From Octopus sinensis (taxonomy: Eukaryota), in contig NW_021833046.1 of NCBI RefSeq assembly GCF_006345805.1, positions 1-64,000 of the forward strand: a DNA stretch of 64,000 nucleotides, in the 5' to 3' direction. The position numbers were made by a program, and so were the translations under genes. Positions within the stretch are counted from its first letter, which is position 1. Each line of letters starts with the position of its first letter. Of the stretch, positions 24,903 to 38,358 are shown piece after piece. The notes beneath the pieces are model-generated. The model saw only the letters and a list, made by a program, of their open reading frames with translations. It did no database searches and was not told the origin of the DNA.

Positions 24903-25390
24903 ATAATAATAATAATAATAATAATTGTGTACAGTGCTCAGGTGCACTACAACTCATCTAAAGTGTATATATAATCAGGTGTAGTTTCGGCGGATTTCGG
25001 AAAGCATGAGGGCCTTAAAGGATGCAGTGTCATGGCAGTCAACAACTGACGCAGGCAGTTTGTTCCATGCTTCAGCAACTCTGAGCGTGAAAAAATGTTT
25101 CCGAAAGTCATGGGAGCTGTGTTGTTTTCTGACTTTGTAGGCATGTCCACGTGTGTTAGACACATGGAGATCAAAAAGGTGTTCAGTGTTGTTGTTGGTG
25201 AGGTGGTTGATAACTTTGTGGGCGTTTACGACGAAGTCCGTCGCCAGACGCCGGAGCTTCAGTGAATCCATGCCCAGGGAAACAAGGCGCTCAGAATATG
25301 GTAGGTGTCTGATGGAGGGTATGCGTTTGGTTGCACGTCTCTGGACAGATTCCAGGAGGTCAATGTTCTGAGCAAGATAGGGGTTCCAAA
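24903..25390 (-). mobile_element. CR1-clade LINE 3' end with (ATT)n tail
   Basis: WNPYLAQNIDLLESVQRRATKRI...TRGHAYK...FFTLRVAEAWNKLP...NYT*; shorter 3' ends at 53646-53866 (-), 57368-57540 (-) and a sister subfamily at 30265-30577 (+). Confidence 0.9.
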
Positions 25391-26000
25391 TACATAGCGC
25401 ATATGTATTTGGTCATTCATGCACACTAACATAGTGCATTCAGCAGAGCATGTTCACTTAATTTTCTTTCTCTAGCTTTTACAGATCCTCCACACTGAAG
25501 GCTCTCGTTCACTACCACATAACAATTGGAATATGTATGCAGGTATCATACAATTTACCCTCATTCTGAGAGAGTAAACCTTTATTACCAGCAGAGGTAA
25601 GACGCCAAACTATTTCCTTCTCATTACCCTGGCAACTATACTTTCAGCGTGCCCACCTCCACTGTTGATTAAATCACCTTGGGAACACAAGCTATCAACT
25701 ACTTCTAAGGAGTAACCTGAGCATTTAAGAGAACTTGTTTTACATATTCTCTTATTTTATTTCTGCACCTGTCACACAGAAAGTCTGTCATCACTGTAAG
25801 CCTACCTGCACTCTTACAACAACTCTTGTGTGCCTATAGTTTACACTAAGTAATATAGATTTTCTAACTTCTGTTTCCCGTAAGCTGAGCATAGCCATTA
25901 CTCAGACAGTAACAGGATCCTGCCTGTTTTAATTCACTTTTTCTAAGTTTATGTTGAGGCCTCTCAATTCCAGGTTTCGGTTTCGAAGGTTGGGAATCCT
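25390..26000 (-). mobile_element. RTE-clade LINE ORF fragment, degenerate
   Basis: NLELRGLNINLEKSEL...LEVVDSLCSQGDLINSGGGHAESIVARV on the minus strand; another remnant (WYGHVMCMDNDSCVKK-like) at about 52230-52390. Confidence 0.7.
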
Positions 26001-26674
26001 TCATTATATCTGTTTATAGATTTAAGTTCTTTTCTAAATACATAATCAACTATAAGGTTATCAACATAAAGGACTGCTAGTCATAAACCTTTCTGTTATG
26101 GCTTAAGGGACAATATAAACTAGAAGGGATCAAAGATTAGGCCGTCGTAAAAAAAGGAAAAATACTTGTGTTCAGTAAATTCTATACACATTACTGACTA
26201 CCACCCTGTTGGTAACACAGTCCTCACAGATCATTCATCCTGGGTTTTCTTAGTGGCCTTAAATGTGTTTAATATATATAGAAGTCTGGTGCAGCCTCTT
26301 GCCTGGCTGGCTCCTGACAAATTGTCCAAGCCATTCCAGCATGGAAGGCAGATGTTAGATTATGATGATGATGATGATCATAGTATGTATGTTAGCAGAA
26401 TTGTTAGAATGCTGGGCAAAATGTTCAGGGTTGTTCGTCTTTACCTTTTGAGTTCAAATTCCACCAAGGTTGACTTTGCCTTTCATCCTTTCAAGATTGA
26501 TAAAATAAGTACCAGTTGAGTACTTGGGTTGATGTAATTAATGTATCCCCTCCCATGAAACTGCTAGCCTTGTGTCAAAATTTGAAACTAAGATATATAT
26601 ATGTATATATGTATGTGTGTATATATATATATATTAATTAGAGATAAAATCACTATTATATATATTATAACTAT

Positions 26675-26710
<36 letters not shown>

Positions 26711-26776
26711 ATATATATTAAATTAGAGATAAAACCACTATTATACTATTATAACTATTATATATATATATATATA

Positions 26777-28050
26777 CAGGGTGTATAAGGTATTTGAGGA
26801 CATACCTTTTTGGGGTCATTGCTGCATTTTTTGCTAACTCTGTATAATCTTTGTTTCAGAAAATAATAATGGCACACCCTCAGATTACTCAAGAAATGAA
26901 GAGGCATGCTGTTATTGTGGTAATAGAGGCTGAGCATAGCGATTTAGAAATATCTCAACTTTTAAAAGTTGACAGATCTTTCATCTATAAAGATTGTAAG
27001 GAGTTAGAGACTGAAGATGGAAATGTATCACCAGCATCAAAGCCTCAAAGCATAAAAAGCATTCTAAACATTCTGAAATCATCAGAACACTTGAATTTAT
27101 CTAGCAAGTTCAACAGACCATTGATTACAATCCCAGAAAGTCCATGAGGTCAGTTGCAAAAGATCTCCAAGTGTCAGAAGAGACATTCAGAAAAGCTGTC
27201 CACAAAGACATCAGATGTAAATTTTATATGATAAAGAAAGGTGAATTTGTCCAAAAAAAAAAAAGAAAAGAAAATCACTACATCAGATTTAAAGGGTTCT
27301 TAAACAAACTGAAAAATCCAGCAGAAGAAAATTTGATTTGGTTTTTCTCAAACGAGAGAAACTTTAACCAAGATCAAAAAGTTAACAGAAGAAATGACAA
27401 ATGGTTATGTGCAGACCCTTCAGAAGTTCCAAGTGTTAAGCATACAAAATTTCCTGCAACTGTCTTGGTTTTAGGGGTTGTCAGCAATGAGGACATGTGA
27501 TGCCTCCTTACTTCTTTCCACTTACCTTACAGGCCTTAGAGTACTCTGCCACATACATTGAGGTCCTGGAAATAATTGTTAAGCCCTGGATAGACAGTGT
27601 ATGCAATGGAAGGTCATATGTGTTTCAGTAAAACTCTGCACTATCACACATGGCTCTAGTAAGTGGCTGAAAATTTTCATGATCACATAACCCCTAACAT
27701 TTGCCCCCCCCCCTAATTTTCCAGATCTCAATCCATTGGACTATTACATGTGGAGCATTATAGAGCAAGGTCAATGAACATGACTATAACACCAAAGATT
27801 CTCTGAAAGCTGCCATAGTCAGAGTAATGTCCAAAATGAACCAGGACCACTTGATTCAAGCATGTAGATGATTTAGATCTCATATAGAAGCAGTTGTTGA
27901 GGCTGAAGGTGGCTTTATTGAATAACATTTTAGAAAAGAAGGTTCATTTTTATCCTGATTCCATTTTTTGATAAATAAAGTTATAATCTATTATTATATA
28001 TCTGTTTTTTTATACACATAAATCTGTCCTCAAATATCTTATGCACCCTG
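26777..28050 (+). mobile_element. maT (DD37D, Bmmar1-like) transposon, 1274 bp, degenerate transposase
   Basis: 26-bp TIRs CAGGGTG(T/C)ATAAG(G/A)TATTTGAGGACA (24/26), TA flanks; FFSNERNFNQDQKVNRRNDKWL...PATVLVLGVVSNE...PDLNPLDYY. Confidence 0.88.
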
Positions 28051-28527
28051 TATATATATATATATATAGTATATATATATATACATATATATACTCTTAC
28101 TCTCTTTACTCTTTTACTTGTTTCAGTCATTTGACTGCGGTCATGCTGAGCACCGCCTTTAGTCAAGCAAATCACCCCGAACTTATTTTTGTAAGCCCAG
28201 TACTTATTCTATCGGTCTCTTTTGCCGAACCGCTAAGTGATGGGGGCGTAAACACACCAGCATCGTTGTCAGGCAATGCTAGGGGGACAACACCAGACAC
28301 ACAAACACACACCAATACATATAATATATATACATATATACGACAGGCTTCTTTCAGTTTCCGTCTACCAAATCCACTCACCAGGCATTGGTCGGCCCGG
28401 GGCTATAGTAGAAGACACTTGCCCAAGATGCCACGCAGTGGGAATGAACCCGGACCATGTGGTTGGTTAGCAAGCTACTTACCACACAGCCACTCCTGCG
28501 CCTATATATATATATATATTATATATA

Positions 28528-28562
<35 letters not shown>

Positions 28563-28609
28563 TTTATATATATAATATATATATATATATAAAAATATAT
28601 ATATATATA

Positions 28610-28693
<84 letters not shown>

Positions 28694-30522
28694 GTATGTC
28701 TGTATGTGATAGTGTGTATATATATATATTGGTTTAAAAGTTTGAACACACAAGGCCAGCAAGTTTGGGGCAGGGGGGTTAAGTCGATTACATTGACCCC
28801 AGGGCTCAACTGCTACTTATGTTATCAACCCTGAAAGGATCAAAGTCAAAATCAACCTCAGCAGAATTTGGACTCAGAATGCAACAAAAATGGTCAAAAT
28901 ACCATTTAAGCATTTTGCCTACCTTTCTTGCATGGTCTTCATCCGACCCATGCAAGCATGGAAAGGTAGACGTTAAAATGATGATGATGATGGTGACACG
29001 TAAATGATGGTGACACGTAAAAGCACCATCCGTTCATGGCCGTTGCCAGCATCGCCTGGCCCCGTGCTGGTGACACGTAAAAGCACCATCCGTTTGTGGC
29101 CGTTTGTGGTACCTGTGCAGGTGGCACGTAAAAAGCACCCACTACACTCACGGAGTGGTTGGCGTTAGGAAGGGCATCCAGCCGTAGAAACACTGCCAGA
29201 TCTGACTGGGCCTGACGAAGCCTCCCAGCTTCACAGACCCCAGTTGAACCGTCCAACCTATCCTAGCATGGAAAGCGGACGCTAAATGATGATGATGATA
29301 TTAAATTTGGAGAAAGCCGTTCTGCCAATAAGCATATTCTGACAGACGATGTGGTTTCTATTATGCTGAGCTACCAATGAGATGGTTATTTGTGAATGAA
29401 GCCAAAAGTAACCAAACAAACCGGTTTAAACTAGGAAAATGAAAGTGAAACTGAAGCATTAATGGAATGAGAATGACAAACAATGATATGATGAGGCAGA
29501 TAATAATGGAGTGCATTTGTACATACACACGTGTGTGTGTGTCTGTGTGTGCACACACATGATTGTATGTACATATATACATGAGTGTGTGTATGTTTGT
29601 ATACAAACACACACACATATGTATGTATATGTGCATACATGCAAGCATGCGCACACACACATATATATAGTACAAATGTACACTTAAAGAAATATATATA
29701 TATATAGGTATGTATGTATGCTTGTATGTGCATATGTGTGTGTGTGTGTGTATGTGTGTGTGTGTGTGTGTGTACTATGTATATTCTTTTTTTCTTTTAA
29801 TGATTTCAATATTTGGACAGCAGCCATGCTGGGGTCTCTGTTTTCAATTTTATTGATCCCAGTACTTCTTAGACGTGTACATATAATATTTTATTGATAT
29901 TTATTCATCAAATGGTTCAGTGTGCCTTTGATATAAAGGGAAATAACTGAAGATAACTAGTTGAAAATATGCAAATATATATATATATATATATAACCGT
30001 TGCTGTTATGTAAGAGTCACAAATCCAAAATGTTGCTTTTTCAGAAATTGAAAAAATAGTTTTACCATTTCATAACAAAACTGTTGTCCTACACTTTGAC
30101 AATTTTTGATATCTTGGCATCTGAAGCAGCTTGAGATTCAACAGCTTGACCAAAAGAACTGGCCATTGCAAGCAAAAGTAAATACTGACAAACCGCATTT
30201 CACCAAATTTGGACATACAACAATTTAATATAATAGCAAATATATATATATATATATATAACATTTTTTCACGCTGAGAGTTGCTGAAGCATGGAATAAA
30301 CTGCCGGCATCAGTTGTTAGTTGTCGGAGCACTGCATCCTTCAAAACTTCCATGCTTCCTGAGATTCACCAACACTACACCTGATTTTCTCCCCTCCATA
30401 CACACGCAAGCATGTATCTGACTCATACACTGTTCACTTCCCAGACATTTGTACATTACTACATATGGTTTATATGCACTTTTGACAAGTTGTGGTGCAC
30501 CTGAGCACTGTATACAATAATT

Positions 30523-30579
<57 letters not shown>

Positions 30580-30580
<1 letters not shown>

Positions 30581-30901
30581 AGGATAAGATCATTATTTAA
30601 ATATCAAACTTATCAGGTGGCTAGCATGGGAATAAAAACCTCATAGGTAATAATTATTACTATAATTATAATTAAAGGTATCTAAGAGATACCACTATGC
30701 TAGATATAGCAGCCAAAACTTGACTCTAAAACCACATTAAATGTTCATACAGCACCAGGAGAGAAGATAAAGAGACAAAATAAAGTAGCAAAAACAATTA
30801 TTTGTCTTCTGGTGCTGTATGAACATTTAATTTGGTTTTAGAGTCAAGTTTTGGCTGCTATATCTAGCATGGTGGTATCTCTTAGATACCCTTAATTATA
30901 A
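30580..30901. mobile_element. Fold-back element, about 93-bp arms (30666-30758, 30809-30901), same family as 14388-14700
   Basis: GGTATCTAAGAGATACC...GCAGCCAA...GACTCTAAAACCACATTAAATG and its reverse complement. Confidence 0.65.
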
Positions 30902-32625
30902 GTATATATATATAAGTATAATTAAAAGTATTTAAACATCCCTGAAAGTTTCATCTGAATCCATCCAGCAGTTCTTGAGATATCTTGTCTTCAGACAAAC
31001 AAACAAAGAAACATGACTGATAAATAATACCTCTGCCTTCAATAAGGTGGATGTAATAATACTCACAACACTGATAGTAAGAATCAATGACATATTGCAG
31101 TATAAACTTTTCACTTTAGTTTTCATTACCTCTATAGTTAAACATGTGAATTGGTAGATGCCAAGCATTTTGATAACTTATTTTAAGGTTAATTCCTTCA
31201 CACCTAAGGCTTATAGTCAAATTTAAACATTCCTATTTACCTTTCCTATCTCAAGCCTTCACTTCTAATCCCCATACCTTCACCTTTCACCTACTCACAC
31301 TCATCTCATTTTATCTTCCTTACTCCTATCCCCAATCACTTTATTTTTCTTTGGCATATCTTTGTCCCTCTCTTGTCACCTATATAGGCCACAGAATTAC
31401 CCAAAACTTGTAACTATATCTAAGCATTATCTAAGCCTAATTAGATTACCTATTACCAATGAAGAAAATCAAATACTACCAATGTAAGTGATCCTCACAA
31501 ATTATGAACACACAAACACTTTCCACTTCACAAGAACGTAGGACAACCCAGAACGACAAGATTAAGATATAAGAAATTCACAATTGAGCATAACAAATGT
31601 GTTTTCCCATCAGTCAGCTTATATATGCCAGTGATGGTGGTACATAAAAAGCACCATTCAAGCATGGTCAATGCCAGTGCCGCCTGACTGGCTCCTAGGC
31701 TGGTGACATGTAAAAAGCACCATTTGAGTATGGTCAATACTAGTGCTGCCTGGCTGGAAAGTGGCACATAAAAAGCATCCACTACAATCTTGGAGTGGTA
31801 GGCATTAGCTGTAGAAACCTTGCCAGATCATATTGGGGCCTGGTACAAACTCCTGGCATGTCAGTCCTCAGTCAAACCGTCAACAAACCAGAGACTCTGG
31901 TGCAACTGAAGGGGAACATCAAGAGAGAAATCAGAGAAGTGGGATTCTGAAACTCTTGAGGGTATTAGGGTGCAAGTTTATTTGTAAAGTTAAAGAAGTT
32001 ATTAAAAATTGAAACCATCAGTGACTTTTGGGACACCTTGTATATATTCTCTCTCTCTCTCTCTCTCTTTCTCTTCTGCCCTCTGTGTCTCCCTCTGCCC
32101 ACTGCTGACACGTGTCCTATGGTCAGCTCTTTTTTTCATTTTCACTTTCTTTTTTACACCTGTTTTTGAGGTGACTGATCGTAAATTCTCTCGTCTCCAC
32201 TTCAGCCTGTCTTGCTGTTTCCAATCCTTGAGGATTTTCCTCTAAGCATTTCACATGCTTCGTCTTCATCTGGCTTTAATGCTGCGTTCTGTTTGTTTTT
32301 TCCTTTATTTTGTTTTTGTCCCCTGTCTGTCCACTCGTGGTCTCGTCTTGAATGACATTCATTTTCATACATCCATTTCTGTATCACTTGTTATCTATGT
32401 ATTGTTTGTTCTTGGTCCATATTCCCTGCAACTTGCATATAGCTGGGAATCAATATTATCGTTAAAGGCACGAAATTGCATCAAGCCCTCTGGTTGATAA
32501 CTGATGAGGAATTGGGGACATTCTGTGTGTGTTTTCCATTTGTCTGCGCATTTAATATATTTTTTAACTTGCTATTCTGTGTCCTTTTTTGTGTATTTAC
32601 TACACATTTTTTACTCATATATATA

Positions 32626-32670
<45 letters not shown>

Positions 32671-34080
32671 ATATATATATATACATATGAGTCTGAGTTT
32701 GTGTATCTTACTTAAAGCAAATACATCACTGAAGGCCTAATCAGCTGAGGTGTTTATCTTGGGATACCATCTTCTATAGACACATAGTGTCTATTTCAGT
32801 AGTGGACGAAAATAAATCGTCCAGCCGTGGTGGGGGCACTGCCTGCCTTTTTGACCTTCGTCAGTAGTAAGTATCCACTGCCAGTCGCAGGCTAAAACAA
32901 AACGGCTGTTACTGATACAGCAAATCAATGACTGAAAAATTATAATTTGCTATCTGTGAAAGAAGCAGCATTAGTTTAAAATAGGAATTTGTGTATCATA
33001 CTTAAAGTAGATGCATCATTGAAAGCCTAATTCAGTATTCATCTTGATATAACATCTCTTGTTGGCGAATACTGTTAAGAGACCGAGAAATATAATATTA
33101 GTAAATGAAATCATCCAGTAGTGGTAATATTAGTGTTAAATGTGTATTTCTGTGTCATTGCACTTCATCAGTGGAAGTCACGTTTGGGCAATAGGGTGGC
33201 ATTCCTAATTGCCCCCCACCTCATTCTATCAGGTGGGCGATTTTCGTTTACTATTAACATATTTCTGTGTTTTTCGCTTCAGTGTTTTTGGCACTACATG
33301 AAGTGGGGTTCTATTTTATGTTTTTGTGATATCAGTTGTCAGGTGTTTAGCATATGCTCTTTTTCTGTCTACAAGAACATTCATATTAAATAGTTAAATA
33401 ATAATTTAAGAAATTTATATCGATATTCAAGGTATTTGGGAAAGAATTGGTACTGTCTTGAAATCTTAACGTTTTTTTTTTTTTTGCCGGATTAATAAAA
33501 TAAGATTAATAAAAGTGTCTATACTCTTTCATTTGGGCAGGTATCACTTTAGCATTTCAAGTCTGCACTCTTGTGCAGATTCCATTGAATGTAATTATCT
33601 CTGTATAACATTTTCCAAAGCATTCTCTTGATTACGCTTTCCTTTTCTTTTCTTCAGATAAGATATATGGTATAGAGGAATGGTTCCCAAAGTGTGCATT
33701 GGAAACATCCAGGAGGGCATTAAGAAAAATTGGGGTGGTAGGTAGCAATGCTATCCCCCTCTATTTTTCAGTGGTACACTCAAGTTTAGAAAAAAGTGCT
33801 TAAATATCGACCTGAGAAGGGAACAAAAATAAAGAAAATATAAAACTCCAAAAGTTTTATAAATGACGCTGGTCTTAAATTTCTCCTGAGAATTCCCTTG
33901 AAAGACGAAAACATATGATACTGAACAAAAACGTTGGTTTCAGATGCCAGCTAACCACAACGTTCTTATGTGGTACCCGAGCTAACAATAAGTTGTTAGG
34001 CTCTGGGAACTTTTCTCACTGGGTAAATCCAAGTGTCCTGTTCAGGACTATATTTTCCATGGAGTAAGCAATAATATTAA

Positions 34081-34332
34081 TAATGATAAAGAGAAAGGAT
34101 GTTTTTCCATCCATAATTTTACAGTTATTTACAGCATCTGTACGGGACCTACACTTGTTTCAATCGCAGCAACCTAGCATCGTGGTCGATGCAGTTTCAT
34201 CAGGGTCCTTACCCTCTGTCATTTTGAAGTAAAACGCTGCAACTGAAACACATGTAGGTCCCGAAAAATGCTGTAAATAACTTAAATAAAATTATGGATG
34301 TGGAAAATCTCCATTCTCCTTTTCAGTATTAA
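34081..34332. mobile_element. Imperfect fold-back PLE-type terminal repeat (arms about 34081-34170 and 34236-34332)
   Basis: GGGACCTACAC.TGTTTCA..GCAGC versus GCTGC..TGAAAC.CATGTAGGTCCC, plus flanking complementary AT-rich arms. Confidence 0.7.
34145..34208 (-). ncRNA. Type I hammerhead ribozyme motif
   Basis: Minus strand GGACC-[CTGATGA]-35-nt helix II containing GCATCG/CGATGC-[GAAA]-C AAGT G-T-A|GGTCC; the + arm keeps the 3' half GAAAC ACAT GTA GGTCC at 34245-34262. Confidence 0.75.
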
Positions 34333-35158
34333 TACTACACACACACACACTCACACAACAAACTAATGGGTTAATTCAGTTAAGTTTTATTTGTGAAATA
34401 TTGTGTTTTGAATTTGCAATAAAAAGAAATCTATGTTTGTGGTGGAAAGCGATAGTAGTGTGATGTGGGCGCTAAAAGGGTGGCAGTCCGAAAACGTTTG
34501 CAGATCTCTGGTACAGAGCTGCCTCATTGGTATTTGAATATTTTTCAAGGAATACAGGATGGATTAAAGATCTAAATGCCTTCTAACAACAAAGATCATT
34601 TCCAATGAAGCAGAACATAATTCTAGCCGTTACAAAACTGCTGATTATGTCTAGCTGAGAAATACCACATTTGGAAGCATTCACTGAAGTCTCCCTCCTC
34701 CAGAGGCTCGAAATATTGTCTGTCTTCATCAGAGGAGCTTTTTCTAGACAATTTCCAAATGTGTGATTGCCTTAAGCCAAATGACACAAATTTATACATT
34801 TCATTTGCAGTGATGTACTTGGAGTAGACTCCCTTCCGTTTGTGACCATAAACTTGAACTGGATAACCTCCCTTACATCCTTATAGCCTGGTCATTTTTG
34901 ACCTTCAACATTTCCGACTTTAAGAATGGGTTAAACTCGTGCTCTGCAGAAATATTACAACCATTATCATTCAAAAAACATTGTTAGATAGAGTAGATAG
35001 AAATTCACATGTAAAGGGTGAATCACCGAGTATTAACCTATAAACATAAATTCTTCTTTGTGCTGAGTTTTCCTTAGTTTGCGCATACAAAGACCCCTTC
35101 ACAAGTACAGTTTGGAATCAGCTACAAGTCAATGCATTTCACTTTATTTTTATATCCT

Positions 35159-35220
<62 letters not shown>

Positions 35221-35499
35221 TGTGTGAATATGTGCGTGTGCGCGTGGAGAGATAATGAGGGAGAGAGAGAGAGAGAGAGAGAGCAGTTGACATACATCGA
35301 CATTTAGCTAATCCCATTCTGATAGGAAGGTGGTTACCTTTTTTTACGTACATACACAACAGATACTCTCAAGCAACAGACAAAGAAATGTGTTTTTATG
35401 TCTTTTAATGAATCCCCCAAGTTTCTGCTTCACTGAAGTAAATTTCTATAAAGACGAGTTATATTAAATGTCTCTCGAGTTCGAGTTGTAAGCGATCAC

Positions 35500-35904
35500 C
35501 TCTGAAACATGATTGGTGGTTGGCAAAACGATTGTGAATGAATACATGAATTAGTATATAAATATAAAGAAAATACTTTTATAAAAATAGCATATTGCTA
35601 TTGAAATTAGGCGTAAATAGAAATTTAGTAATTCACATCACGTGTCAATTGTGTGCTAAATAAACTCTAGGCCGGCGAGCAAGATTTAACAACGATGCTT
35701 TTGAAAGTAAACTTTCAATTGGAAAGATTATGACTTTTTAACAAAAAAAAAAGCGGGGTGCAAAAGGGGGAGGTTAAGATAAGATAAACGTGAGTGGCAG
35801 TTGAAGGTAATTAAATGAAAATACAAAAAGAAGCGCATATGTGTTAGCCCAGTCCCCAAATCTAGGTCGTTTTTGCTCCGATAGACGAAGTTTTGTTAGA
35901 AATC
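35500..35904 (+). promoter_or_regulatory. Putative promoter/5' UTR of the Ldh_2-family gene
   Basis: Non-repetitive sequence directly upstream of the ATG; reverse CCAAT (ATTGG 35512-35516), E-box CACGTG 35639-35644, relatively CpG-retaining. TSS not determinable. Confidence 0.35.
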
Positions 35905-36073
35905 ATGGCTGCAGCAGCTAAATTCGTGGTAGTCAGCACCGAGGAATTGTTTTCGTTTGTTGTGCGATGTATTGAGAAAGCTGGAGGGAAAGTTTCACAT
36001 GCTGAAGCATTAGCAGAATTATTAGTTGCTGCAGACAAACGTGGACATTTTAGTCATGGGCTGAACAGACTTG
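35905..36073 (+). CDS. Ldh_2-family oxidoreductase, coding exon 1 (MAAAAKFVVVSTEELFSFVVRCIEKAGGKVSHAEALAELLVAADKRGHFSHGLNRL)
   Basis: ATG at 35905; ADxRGHxSHGLNRL motif typical of the Ldh_2 (AllD/YiaK/ComC-like) family; donor G|GTGAGT at 36074, phase 1. Confidence 0.9.
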
Positions 36074-36309
36074 GTGAGTTTATTTCTTGGTGTTTTCTTT
36101 TCTTCTTTTATAATTTCATTTCTAGTTCGTCCACGATTATTGTTAAACGAATCACACCAATCGGTAATTGTTACGATCGAGAGGCATTCCTATACAATAG
36201 AGTCGGAAATTACCTAGTGCGTAAAATACTGTAGTTTCTTCGGATGCATATTTTGAAAATTTTTTCAGATGTTATAGACATATGAAACTATGATTCTTTA
36301 AAAATATGC

Positions 36310-36565
36310 GGTACTATTTAAGAAGAGTGGTCCCGGTGCGCGCACTCGCGCATCCGCACTAGCTAGTCGTGACTAGACGATCCTAAAACGATTACCTAGC
36401 AAAGTAAATAAAACACAAAATAAATAATTTTTTTACACAAAGTAAATAAATATTTTAAAACAAAGTGAATAAAACACAAAGTAAGGATCAACTAGTCACG
36501 ACTAGCTGGCGCAGACGCGCGATTACGCGAGTGCGCGCACTGGACCACTCTTTTTAAATAGTACC
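36310..36565. mobile_element. CpG-rich MITE with about 80-bp TIRs starting GGTACTATTT (Merlin- or Mutator-like)
   Basis: Perfect 9-bp TSD AAAATATGC at 36301-36309 and 36566-36574; internal AAAGTAAATAAAACAC-type tandem repeats. Confidence 0.8.
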
Positions 36566-37467
36566 AAAATATGCGTAGCATAAATCTACTGAAAACCTGC
36601 AAAAGGATGGAGCAGTCCACGCTTTACCTTTTTTTAATGGTAGATTTGTAGTGTACGAATATGAAATTACTATTTTTGATGCCCGCGATCATTGTTGACT
36701 TTAATCCTGTCGAAACGAAGTCGCTTCTACGGAGTTGTTCAGCGATCGAATCACGCACAACTCACCGTCGTAAATACGCATAGGACAGATTACATAATGC
36801 AGTTCTACATATTCCTCAATAAAAGAAATGGTCACTACTGGAACATCTATAGCAGTAGGACTGCTCGCTGTCATATTGTTGTATGTATTATGAATGTAAT
36901 TGCTTCATGTTATTATATTATACACTCACAAACTTGGTACTGATTAAGAATTTTGTACGAATAGCTACCGTAAAAGGGGCACGTATAATATATATACTGA
37001 AAGCATAAGGGCTGGAATTTAGTGCGGAGAAGACAAGTCGATCACTACTACTAAATTTATCGACTCCGAAAAGATGAAAGGCAAAAGTCGACCTCGGCGG
37101 AATTCGAACTCACAACCTAACGACGGGCGAAGTACCACGAAGCATTTCGGCCGGCGTGCTAGTGATTCTGCCAGCTCGCCGCCCTACAAAGTGAACGCAT
37201 AATATAATACCATATAATATGCGCCTCGATTTTGAAGCCAAATTGTCTGAGTAGATGGGGAAAATAAGTTATGTCATTCCATGTATTATGTCACAATTTT
37301 AATCTTGATAGTGGCGAAGGAAGGACGTGTTCTTTGTGGGAGTTTTACGGTATATCTTACATGACATGCAGCCTGGGGAATTTTGTGGAAAGGGAAACGA
37401 GTGAGTGAATGGACATTTAAATTCATTGCAAGGACAGCAACGTGGATACCAAGGGAAATTACTCTAC

Positions 37468-37515
<48 letters not shown>

Positions 37516-37842
37516 CTCTCTCTCTCTCTTCTCTCCTCTTTCTCTCTCCAGGATATGTCTTTGGAAGTGTTTGTTGCGTAAAGTTGCCCAGAGTTACCTG
37601 ACTTGAAAAGTATTTCAAACGACGATCCACAGAGGGAGCATCTGTGTAGCCGTATTATTTACAACACTCCCCCCCCCAACTTTCAGATTAAAGCCAACTC
37701 TATGAAAACTCGGTTAACGAATTCGCTTAAAGCGGGATTGTCATCGCTAAACAGTCTGAGAACAACGTTAAACGGATGTCACATTATATTTTTAATTGCG
37801 TCATTCAGTGACTCCAAATCGACCATATATTTATATAATATA

Positions 37843-38358
37843 CTAGCAGTATCGCCCGGCGTTGCTCGGATTTGTAAGGGAAATAACTATATAAGCATTT
37901 TTAGAGAGTTACTTCCCTTATAGATGCCAATTCGGGCTTTCTTAGCCATTTCTGTTTTGGTGTCTTCAAGCCATGAAGTCGTTGTTCTAAAAGAACGCTG
38001 GTCTCCTTGACAACGCTTTACGACGTTGATTTCCTTACACTCCCTTCCCCACAGCTTCACGAGGGAGGGAAGGGGGAGAAGCAAACACAGGTGCAGGTGT
38101 TTGAGCGTGGACGCCAACTCCGCCGCCATCGACACACGATGCATTTTATGCATTAAAATGGAATAAAAAATGATGTTAAATTATTTTAAAAATCGTAGAC
38201 TCATCGTAGACGCGCGCTAATACTCAGACGGGCTCGATATGAATCACGACTATAAGATACCCGAATTTGGTTAAACTGCACCGCAAAGTGTGGGAGTAGT
38301 TAGGAATCTAAATCGAAGGGGACAGACACTCACACAACTACAGTTTTATATATATAGA
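37843..38358 (-). mobile_element. Non-autonomous Helitron, full length (516 bp)
   Basis: 5' TC(TATATATATAAAA), 3' hairpin then CTAG, inserted between A and T with no TSD. Confidence 0.85.

Noticed and set aside
32770-32890. Minus-strand CTGACGA...GAAA-TAGACAC tat GTGTCTA-TA hammerhead candidate
   Set aside because: Helix I does not pair adjacent to the core, and helix II does not close; only distal GGATAC/GTATCC pairing exists.
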